From contig CM059438.1 of assembly GCA_030390025.1 (NCBI GenBank), forward strand, positions 56,484,001-56,548,000: a stretch of 64,000 nt of DNA, read 5' to 3'. The DNA comes from Squalus acanthias (lineage: Eukaryota). The position numbers and the translations under genes were made by a program. Below the pieces are notes generated by a model, which was not told the DNA's origin, did no database searches, and saw only the letters and a program-made list of their open reading frames with translations. Position 1 is the stretch's first letter. Each line of letters starts with the position of its first letter. Shown here one piece after another: positions 53,356 through 64,000 of this stretch.

Positions 53356-56300
53356 TATCATTCAGTGTGAATAACTATTAGAGGCAGTGTGTAACATTCA
53401 GTGGGAATATCTATTAGAGGCAGTGTGTACCATTCACTGTGTATATCTATCAGAGGCAGTGTGTACCATTCAGTGTGTATATCTATTAGAGGCAGTGTGT
53501 ATCATTCGGTGTGAATATCTATTAGAGGCAGTGTGTATAATTCTGTGTGAATAACTATTAGAGGCAGTGTGTAACATTCAGTGTGAATATCTATTAGAGG
53601 CTGTGTGTCCCATTCAGTGTGTATATCTATTAGAGGCAGTGTGTACCATTCAGTGTGTATATCTATTAGAGGCAGTCTGTACCATTCAGTGTGTATACCT
53701 AATAGAGGCAGTGTGTACCATTCAGTGTGAATATCTATGAGAGGCAGTGTGTACCATTCAGTGTGTATATCTATTAGAGGCAATGTGTACCATTCAGTGT
53801 GTATATCTATTAGAGGCAGTGTGTACCATTCAGTGTGAATATCTATTTGAGGCAGTGTGTACCATTCAGCGTGAATATCTATTAGAGGCAGTGTGTACCA
53901 TTCAGTGTGAATATCTGTTAGATGTATTGTGTACCATTCACTGTGTATATCTATTAGAGGCAGTGTGTACCATTCAGTGTGTATGTCTATTAGTGGCAGT
54001 GTGTACCATTCAGTGTGTATATCTATTAGAGGCAGGGTGTATCATTGAGGGTGTATATCAATTAGAGGCAGTGTGTGTCATTCAGTGTGTATATCTATTA
54101 GAGGGAGTGGGTATCATTCAGTGTGTGAATATCTATTAGAGGGAGTGGGTATCATTCAGTGTGTATATCTATTAGAGGCAGGGTGTATCATTGAGGGTGT
54201 ATATCAATTAGAGGCAGTGTGTGTCATTCAGTGTGTATATCTATTAGAGGCAGTGTGTATCATTGAAGGTGTATATCTATTAGAGGCAGTGTGTATCATT
54301 GAGTGTGTATATCTATTAGAGGCAGTGTGTACCATTCAGTGTGTATATCTATTAGAGGCAGTGTGTATCATTCAGTGTGTCTATCTATTAGAGGCAGTGT
54401 GTACCATTCAGCGTGTATATCTATAAGAGTCAGTGTGTACCATTCACTGTGTATATCTATTAGAGGCAGTGAACACCATTCAGTGTGTATATCTATTGGA
54501 GGCAGTGTGTACCATTCAGTGTGTATATCTATTAGAGTCAATGTGTACCATTCACTGTGTATATCTATTAGAGGCAGTGTGTATCATTCAGTGTGTATAT
54601 CTATTAGAGGCAGTGTGTACCAATCAGTGTGTATATCTATTAGACGGAGTGTGCATCATTCAGTGTGTATATCTATTAGAGCCAGTGTGTATCATTGAGT
54701 GTGTATATCTATTAAAGGCTGTGTGTACCATTCACTGTGTATATCTATTAGAAGCAGTGTGTATCATTCAGTGTGTATATCTATTAGTGGCAGTGTGTAC
54801 CATTCACTGTGTATATCTATTAGAGGCAGTGTGTATCATTGAGTGTGTATATCTATTAGAGGCAGTGCATACCATTCACTGCGTATATCTATTAGAGGCA
54901 GTGTGTACCATTCACTGTTTATATCTATTAGAGCCAGTGTGTATCATTGAGTGTGTATATCTATTAGAGGCAGTGTGTACCATTCACTGTGTATATCTAT
55001 TAGAGGCAGTGTGTACCATTCAGTGTGTATATCTATTAGAGGCAGTGTGTATCATTGAGGGTGTATATCTATTAGAGGCAGTGTGTACCATTCACTTTGT
55101 ATATCTATTAGAGGCAATGTGTGTCATTCAGTGTGTATATCTATTAGAGGCAGGGTGTACCATTCAGTGTGTATATCTATTAGTGGCAGTGTGTATCATT
55201 CAGTGTGAATAACTATTAGAGGCAGTGTGTAACATTCAGTGGGAATATCTATTAGAGGCAGTGTGTACCATTCACTGTGTATATCTATCAGAGGAAGTGT
55301 GTACCATTCAGTGTGTATATCTATTAGAGGCAGTGTGTATCATTCGGTGTGAATATCTATTAGAGGCAGTGTGTATCATTCTGTGTGAATAACTATTAGA
55401 GGCAGTGTGTAACATTCAGCGTGAATATCTATTAGAGGCTGTGTGTCCCATTCAGTGTGTATATCTATTAGAGGCAGTGTGTACCATTCAGTGTGTATGT
55501 CTATTAGTGGCAGTGTGTACCATTCAGTGTGTATATCTATTCGAGGCAGTGTGTATCATTGAGTGTGTATATCTATTAGAGGCAGTGTGTACCATTCACT
55601 GTGTATATCTATTAGAGGCAGTGTGTATCATTGAGTGTGTATATCTATTAGAGGCAGTGCGTACCATTCACTGCGTATATCTATTAGAGGCAGTGTGTAC
55701 CATTCACTGTTTATATCTATTAGAGCCAGTGTGTATCATTGAGTGTGTATATCTATTAGTGGCAGTGTGTACCATTCACTGTGTATATCTATTAGAGGCA
55801 GTGTGTATCATTGAGTGTGTATATCTATTAGAGGCAGTGCGTACCATTCACTGCGTATATCTATTAGAGGCAGTGTGTACCATTCACTGTTTATATCTAT
55901 TAGAGCCAGTGTGTATCATTGAGTGTGTATATCTATTAGAGGCAGTGTGTACCATTCACTGTGTATATCTATTAGAGGCAGTGTGTACCATTCAGTGTGT
56001 ATATCTATTAGAGGCAGTGTGTATCATTGAGGGTGTATATCTATTAGAGGCAGTGTGTACCATTCACTTTGTATATCTATTAGAGGCAGTGTGTGTCATT
56101 CAGTGTGTATATCTATTAGAGGCAGTGTGTACCATTCAGTGTGTATATCTATTAGTGGCAGTGTGTACCATTCAGTGTGTATATCTATTAGAGGCAGTGT
56201 GTATCATTCGGTGTGAATATCTATTAGAGGCAGTGTGTATCATTCTGTGTGAATAACTATTAGAGGCAGTGTGTAACATTCAGTGTGAATATCTATTAGA

Positions 56301-57170
56301 GGCTGTGTGTCCCATTCAGTGTGTATATCTATTAGAGGCAGTCTGTACCATTCAGCGTGTATATCTATTAGAGGCAGTCTGTACCATTCAGTGTATATAC
56401 CTAATAGAGGCAGTGTGTACCATTCAGTGTGAATATCTATGAGAGGCAGTGTGTACCATTCAGTGTGTATATCTAGTAGAGGCAGTGTGTACCATTCAGT
56501 GTGTATATCTATTAGAGGCAGTGTGTATCATTCAGTGTGAATATCTATTAGAGGCAGTGTGTAACATTCAGTGTGTATATCTATTAGAGGCAGTGTGTAC
56601 CATTCAGTGTGTATATCTATTAGAGGCAATGTGTACCATTCAGTGTGTATATCTATTAGAGGCAGTGTGTACCATTCAGTGTGAATATCTATTTGAGGCA
56701 GTGTGTACCATTCAGCGTGAATATCTATTAGAGGCAGTGTGTACCATTCAGTGTGAATATCTGTTAGAGGTATTGTGTACCATTCACTGTGTATATCTAT
56801 TAGAGGCAGTGTGTACCATTCAGTGTGTATGTCTATTAGTGGCAGTGTGTACCATTCAGTGTGTATATCGAATAGAGTCAGTGTGTACCATTCAGTGTGT
56901 ATATCTATTAGAGGCAGTGTGTACCATTCAGTGTGAATATCTATTAGAGGCAGTGTGTACCATTCAGTGTGTATATCTATTAGAGGCAGTGTGTACCATT
57001 CAGTGTGTATATTTATTAGAGGCAGTGTATAACATTCAGTGTGAATATCTATTAGAAGCAGTGTGTATCATTCAGTGTGTATATCTATTAGAGGCAGTGT
57101 GTCCCATTCAGTGTGTATATCTATTAGAGGCAGTGTGTATCATTCAGTGTGTATATCTATTAGAGGCATT

Positions 57171-57902
57171 GGCCCGAAAATTGGACCTAATACGGGAGAT
57201 TACGCACTGTGTACCCTCGCGTATTAGGTCCCGAAGTGCTGATTTCCTGCATGCACTGTGCATGCGCGGGAAACCGGCACTTCAGGTATTGCGAAGGGGG
57301 CGGTTCCTAAGTGAACCGCGTGCGCACTACAGGTTGCGCGCACGCAGCACACTTATTTTTATTTCAGGTTTGAACGCGAAGGTAATTGCTGCAGATTTTA
57401 CACATGAAGAAAACAGGCGTAAGACCCCCTTTTAAATTTTTTTCAACAGGATTATCTTTTTTAGAGACTTTAAAGAAAGGTAAGTTTATTTTTATAACTT
57501 TTAAAAAGAATTTAAATTTTTTCAAAAATTTAAATTTTTGTTTAAAATGGTTAATTTATTTAACTATAGTTATTTTATTAATGTGATGGCTTTTTTTTTT
57601 ATTTAATTGAGGTTTAGCTGTTGTTTTGGGGGCTTGTTGTATTCATAGTTTTGACAGCTCTTCCTGTCAAAACTATGAATGAAAGATGGTGTGCTGCCAT
57701 TGGCTCTAACTGGCCCAGGTGATCCCAGAGGTCGCATCGCACTAACTGCGCCTCTGGGACACGCACACACTGCGTGCCGGCACCAGGGAGATGCCCAGGA
57801 ACTGAAGTTCATGTGGGCCAAAACCATAAAGGCAGGCGCGGAGTGCGATATCGCGGGGGATCCTTAAACCTGCGGCAAATATCGAAGTCCAATTTCTGGG
57901 CC
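57171..57902. mobile_element. 732-bp non-autonomous DNA transposon (MITE), PIF/Harbinger-like
   Basis: Imperfect TIRs GGCCCGAAAATTGGAC ... GTCCAATTTCTGGGCC; 3-bp TSD ATT at 57168-57170 and 57903-57905; no transposase ORF. Confidence 0.8.
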
Positions 57903-60900
57903 ATTTTGTATCATTCAGTGTGTATATCTATTAGAGGCAGTGTGTATCATTCAGTGTGTATATCTATTAGAGGCAGTGTGTACCATTCACTGTGTATATC
58001 TATTAGAGGCAGTGTGTACCATTCAGTGTGTATATCTATCAGAGGCAGTGTGTATCATTGAGGGTGTATATCTATTAGAGGCAGTGTGTACCATTCAGTG
58101 TGTATATCTATTAGAGGCAGTGTGTCCCATTCACTGCTTTTATCTATTAGAGACAGTGTGGACCATTCACTGTGTATATCTATTAGAGGCAGTGTGTACC
58201 ATTCAGTGTGTATATCTATTAGAGGCAGTGTGTATCATTCAGTGTGTATATCTATTCGAGGCAGTGTGTACCATTCAGTGTGTATATCTATTAGTGGCAG
58301 TGTGTATCATTCAGTGTGAATAACTATTAGAGGCAGTGTGTAACATTCAGTGTGAATATCTATTAGAGGCAGTGTGTATCATTCTGTGTGTATATCTATT
58401 AGAGGCAGTGTGTACCATTCAATGTGTACATCTGTTAGAGGCAGTGTGTACAATTCAGTGTGTATATCTATTGGAGGCACTGTGTACCATTCGGTGGGTA
58501 TATCTATTAGAGGCAGTGTGTATCATTCGGTGTGAATATCTATTAGAGGCAGTGTGTACCATTCAGTGTGTTTATCTATTAGAGGCAGTGTGTATCATTC
58601 AGTGTGTATATCTATTAAAGGCAGTGTGTACCATTCACTGTGTATACCTATTAGAGGCAGTGTGTATCATTCCGTGTGTATATCTATTAGAGGCAGTGTG
58701 TATCATTCGGTGTGTATATCTATTAGAGGCCGTGTGTACCATTCAGTGTGTATATCTGTTAGAGGCAGTGTGTACCATTCAGTGTGTATATCTATTAGAG
58801 GCACTGTGTACCATTCGGTGGGTGTATCTATTAGAGGCAGTGCGTCTCATTCGGTGTGAATATCTATTAGAGGCAGTGTGTACCATTCAGTATGTTTATC
58901 TATTAGAGGCAGTGTGTATCATTCAGTGTGTATATCTATTAGAGGCAGTGTGTATCATTCAGTGTGAATATCTATTAGAGGCAGTGCGTAACATTCAGTG
59001 TGAATATCTATTAGCGGCAGTGTGTACCATTCAGTGTGTATATCTATTAGAGGCAGTGTACCATTCAGTGTGTATATCTATTAGAGGCAGTGTGTACCAT
59101 TCACTGTGTATATCTATTAGAGGCAGTGTGTACAATTCACTGTGTATATCTATTAGAGGCAGTGTGTACCATTCAAAGTGAATATCTATTTGAGGCAGTG
59201 TGTACCATTCACTGTGTATATCTATTAGAGGCAGTGTGTACCATTCAGTGTGTATATCTATTAGAGGCAGTGTGTACCATTCAGTGTGAATATCTATTAG
59301 AGGTAGTGTGTACCATTCACTGTGTATATCTATTAGAGGCAGTGTGTATCATTGAGTGTGTATATCTATTAAAGGCTGTGTGTACCATTCACTGTGTATA
59401 TCTATTAGAAGCAGTGTGTATCATTCAGTGTGTATATCTATTAGTGGCAGTGTGTACCATTCACTGTGTATATCTATTAGAGGCAGTGTGTATCATTGAG
59501 TGTGTATATCTATTAGAGGCAGTGCGTACCATTCACTGCGTATATCTATTAGAGGCAGTGTGTACCATTCACTGTTTATATCTATTAGAGCCAGTGTGTA
59601 TCATTGAGTGTGTATATCTATCAGAGGCAGTGTGTACCATTCACTGTGTATATCTATTAGAGGCAGTGTGTACCATTCAGTGTGTATATCTATTAGAGGC
59701 AGTGTGTATCATTGAGGGTGTATATCTATTAGAGGCAGTGTGTACCATTCACTTTGTATATCTATTAGAGGCAGTGTGTGTCATTCAGTGTGTATATCTA
59801 TTAGAGGCAGTGTGTACCATTCAGTGTGTATATCTATTAGTGGCAGTGTGTATCATTCAGTGTGAATAACTATTAGAGGCAGTGTGTAACATTCAGTGGG
59901 AATATCTATTAGAGGCAGTGTGTACCATTCACTGTGTATATCTATCAGAGGCAGTGTGTACCATTCAGTGTGTATATCTATTAGAGGCAGTGTGTATCAT
60001 TCGGTGTGAATATCTATTAGAGGCAGTGTGTATCATTCTGTGTGAATAACTATTAGAGGCAGTGTGTAACATTCAGTGTGAATATCTATTAGAGGCTGTG
60101 TGTCCCATTCAGTGTGTATATCTATTAGAGGCAGTGTGTACCATTCAGTGTGTATATCTATTAGAGGCAGTCTGTACCATTCAGTGTGTATACCTAATAG
60201 AGGCAGTGTGTACCATTCAGTGTGAATATCTATGAGAGGCAGTGTGTACCATTCAGTGTGTATATCTAGTAGAGGCAGTGTGTACCATTCAGTGTGTATA
60301 TCTATTAGAGGCAGTGTGTATCATTCAGTGTGAATATCTATTAGAGGCAGTGTGTAACATTCAGTGTGTATATCTATTAGAGGCAGTGTGTACCATTCAG
60401 TGTGTATATCTATTAGAGGCAATGTGTACCATTCAGTGTGTATATCTATTAGAGGCAGTGTGTACCATTCAGTGTGAATATCTATTTGAGGCAGTGTGTA
60501 CCATTCAGCGTGAATATCTATTAGAGGCAGTGTGTACCATTCAGTGTGAATATCTGTTAGAGGTATTGTGTACCATTCACTGTGTATATCTATTAGAGGC
60601 AGTGTGTACCATTCAGTGTGTATGTCTATTAGAGGCAGTGTGTACCATTCAGTGTGAATATCTATTAGAGGCAGTGTGTACCATTCAGTGTGTATATCGA
60701 ATAGAGTCAGTGTGTACCATTCAGATTGTATATCTATTAGAGGCAGTGTGTACCATTCAGTGTGAATATCTATTAGAGGCAGTGTGTACCATTCAGTGTG
60801 TATATCTATTAGAGGCAGTGTGTACCATTCAGTGTGTATATTTATTAGAGGCAGTGTGTAACATTCAGTGTCAATATCTATTAGAAGCAGTGTGTATCAT

Positions 60901-60999
60901 TCAGTGTGTATATCTATTAGAGGCAGTGTGTCCCATTCAGTGTGTATATCTATTAGAGGCAGTGTGTATCATTCAGTGTGTATATCTATTAGAGGCATT

Positions 61000-61731
61000 G
61001 GCCCGAAAATTGGACCTAATACGGGAGATTACGCACTGTGTACCCTCGCGTATTAGGTCCCGAAGTGCTGATTTCCTGCATGCACTGTGCATGCGCGGGA
61101 AACCGGCACTTCAGGTATTGCGAAGGGGGCGGTTCCTAAGTGAACCGCGTGCGCACTACAGGTTGCGCGCACGCAGCACACTTATTTTTATTTCAGGTTT
61201 GAACGCGAAGGTAAGTGCTGCAGATTTTACACATGAAGAAAACAGGCGTAAGACCCCCTTTTAAATTTTTTTCAACAGGATTATCTTTTTTAGAGACTTT
61301 AAAGAAAGGTAAGTTTATTTTTATAACTTTTAAAAAGAATTTAAATTTTTTCAAAAATTTAAATTTTTGTTTAAAATGGTTAATTTATTTAACTATAGTT
61401 ATTTTATTAATGTGATGGCTTTTTTTTTTATTTAATTGAGGTTTAGCTGTTGTTTTGGGGGCTTGTTGTATTCATAGTTTTGACAGCTCTTCCTGTCAAA
61501 ACTATGAATGAAAGATGGTGTGCTGCCATTGGCTCTAACTGGCCCAGGTGATCCCAGAGGTCGCATCGCACTAACTGCGCCTCTGGGACACGCACACACT
61601 GCGTGCCGGCACCAGGGAGATGCCCAGGAACTGAAGTTCATGTGGGCCAAAACCATAAAGGCAGGCGCGGAGTGCGATATCGCGGGGGATCCTTAAACCT
61701 GCGGCAAATATCGAAGTCCAATTTCTGGGCC
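61000..61731. mobile_element. Second copy of the 732-bp MITE (offset 3829, duplicated with its flanks)
   Basis: Identical junctions and the same flanking satellite variants as the first copy. Confidence 0.8.
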
Positions 61732-64000
61732 ATTTTGTATCATTCAGTGTGTATATCTATTAGAGGCAGTGTGTATCATTCAGTGTGTATATCTATCAGA
61801 GGCAGTGTGTACCATTCAGTGTGTATATCTATCAGAGGCAGTGTGTATCATTGAGGGTGTATATCTATTAGAGGCAGTGTGTACCATTCAGTGTGTATAT
61901 CTATTAGAGGCAGTGTGTACCATTCAGTGTGTATATCTATTAGAGGCAGTGTGTACCATTCACTGTGTATATCTATTAGAGGCAGTGTGTACCATTCAGT
62001 GTGTATATCTATCAGAGGCAGTGTGTATCATTGAGGGTGTATATCTATTAGAGGCAGTGTGTACCATTCAGTGTGTATATCTATTAGAGGCAGTGTGTCC
62101 CATTCACTGTTTTTATCTATTAGAGACAGTGTGGACCATTCACTGTGTATATCTATTAGAGGCAGTGTGTACCATTCAGTGTGTATATCTATTAGAGGCA
62201 GTGTGTATCATTCAGTGTGTATATCTATTCGAGGCAGTGTGTACCATTCAGTGTGTATATCTATTAGTGGCAGTGTGTATCATTCAGTGTGAATAACTAT
62301 TAGAGGCAGTGTGTAACATTCAGTGTGAATATCTATTAGAGGCAGTGTGTATCATTCTGTGTGTATATCTATTAGAGGCAGTGTGTACCATTCAATGTGT
62401 ACATCTGTTAGAGGCAGTGTGTACCATTCAGTGTGTATATCTATTGGAGGCACTGTGTACCATTCGGTGGGTATATCTATTAGAGGCAGTGTGTATCATT
62501 CGGTGTGAATATCTATTAGAGGCAGTGTGTACCATTCAGTGTGTTTATCTATTAGAGGCAGTGTGTATCATTCAGTGTGTATATCTATTAGCAGTGTTAC
62601 ATCAGTGTTTAGCAGTGTGTACCATTCACTGTGTATACCTATTAGAGGCAGTGTGTATCATTCCGTGTGTATATCTATTAGAGGCAGTGTGTATCATTCG
62701 GTGTGTATATCTATTAGAGGCCGTGTGTACCATTCAGTGTGTATATCTGTTAGAGGCAGTGTGTACCATTCAGTGTGTATATCTATTAGAGGCACTGTGT
62801 ACCATTCGGTGGGTATATCTATTAGAGGCAGTGCGTATCATTCGGTGTGAATATCTATTAGAGGCAGTGTGTACCATTCAGTATGTTTATCTATTAGAGG
62901 CAGTGTGTATCATTCAGTGTGTATATCTATTAGAGGCAGTGTGTATCATTCAGTGTGAATATCTATTAGAGGCAGTGCGTAACATTCAGTGTGAATATCT
63001 ATTAGCGGCAGTGTGTACCATTCAGTGTGTATATCTATTAGAGGCAGTGTACCATTCAGTGTGTATATCTATTAGAGGCAGTGTGTACCATTCACTGTGT
63101 ATATCTATTAGAGGCAGTGTGTACAATTCACTGTGTATATCTATTAGAGGCAGTGTGTACCATTCAATGTGAATATCTATTTGAGGCAGTGTGTACCATT
63201 CACTGTGTATATCTATTAGAGGCAGTGTGTACCATTCAGTGTGTATATCTATTAGAGGCAGTGTGTACCATTCAGTGTGAATATCTATTAGAGGTAGTGT
63301 GTACCATTCACTGTGTATATCTATTAGAGGCAGTGTGTATCATTCAGTGTGTATATCTATTAGAGGCAGTGTGTACCATTCAGTGTGTATATCTATTAGT
63401 GGCAGTGTGTATCATTCAGTGTAAATATCTATTAGCGGCAGTGTGTACCATTCACTGTGTATATCTATTAGAGGCAGTCTGTATCATTCAGTGTGTATAT
63501 CTATTCGAGGCATTGTGTATCATTCAGTGTGTATATCTATTAGAGGCAGTGTGTACCATTCAGTGTGTATATCTATTAGAGGCAGTGTGTATCATTCAGT
63601 GTGTACATCTATTAGAGGCAGTGTGTATCATTCAGTGTGTATATCTATTAGAGGTAGTGTGTACCATTCACTGTGTATATCTATTAGAGCCAGTGTGTAT
63701 CATTCAGTGTGTATATCTATTAGAGGCAGTGTGTATCATTCAGTGTGTATATCTATTAGAGACAGTGTGTATCATTCAGTGTGTATATCTATTAGAGGCA
63801 GTGTGTACCATTCACTGTGTTTATCTATTAGAGGCAGTGTGTACCATTCAATGTGTATATCTATTCAAGGCAGTGTGTATCATTCAGTGTGTATATCTAT
63901 TTGACGCAGTGTGTACCATTCAGTGTGTACATCTATTAGAGGCAGTGTGTATCATTCAGTGTGTATATCTAGTAGGGGCAGTGTGTACCATTCAGTGTGT

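Larger units (their letters stand above)
5182..64000. repeat. 36-bp satellite/minisatellite array (consensus GTGTGTACCATTCAGTGTGTATATCTATTAGAGGCA) with higher-order structure; continues past the window end
   Basis: Directly visible tandem monomers in blocks ~5182-5535, 5944-6834, 8531-9553, 12171-29935, 32766-44950, 47781-50525, 53356-57170, 57903-60999 and 61732-64000, all in the same orientation. Confidence 0.99.

Noticed and set aside
57386..57867. Short ORFs and an AAG|GTAAGT donor-like motif inside the MITE
   Set aside because: No transposase or other recognisable motifs; an isolated splice-like word is not evidence of an exon.
5166..63904. Dozens of Cys-rich repeat ORFs (VCTIQCVYLLEA, VYHSVCISIRGS, EWYTLPLIDIHT)
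   Set aside because: A 36-bp monomer is 12 codons and three frames are stop-free by chance. Starts are mostly GTG/TTG, and frames are broken freely by 2-bp indels and stops.
5182..64000. CRISPR-like 36-bp repeats next to reverse transcriptases
   Set aside because: Repeats are head-to-tail with no unique spacers, there are no cas genes, and the RTs are eukaryotic CR1/PLE types.
12171..64000. Calling the array centromeric or telomeric
   Set aside because: No TTAGGG repeats or recognisable CENP-B box; function cannot be assigned from sequence alone.

Overview
Eukaryotic, vertebrate-type repetitive DNA. It is most likely from a cartilaginous fish, inferred from CR1 LINEs with (TTCTTATG)n tails and a Deu-domain SacSINE1-like SINE. 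Bases ~1-5180 are a patchwork of decayed retroelements (nested CR1s, an L2 3' end, two Penelope-tail-type short inserts with long TSDs) plus a possible intron-containing minus-strand gene or pseudogene with a Pro/Glu/Thr/Ser-rich 33-bp coding-like repeat. From ~5182 to the window end lies a tandem array of a 36-bp monomer (GTGTGTACCATTCAGTGTGTATATCTATTAGAGGCA). The array is interrupted by a DeuSINE, a 5'-truncated CR1, a near-intact Penelope-like (RT + GIY-YIG) element, three near-identical copies of one CR1 insertion, and two copies of a 732-bp TIR element with 3-bp TSDs. The repeated inserts were multiplied by multi-kb duplications of the array, not by independent transposition, so they date its expansion. 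Most ORFs in the track are artefacts of the 36-bp (12-codon) repeat. I see no convincing new protein system; the notable signals are satellite/TE architecture, hammerhead-like motifs and junction scars.
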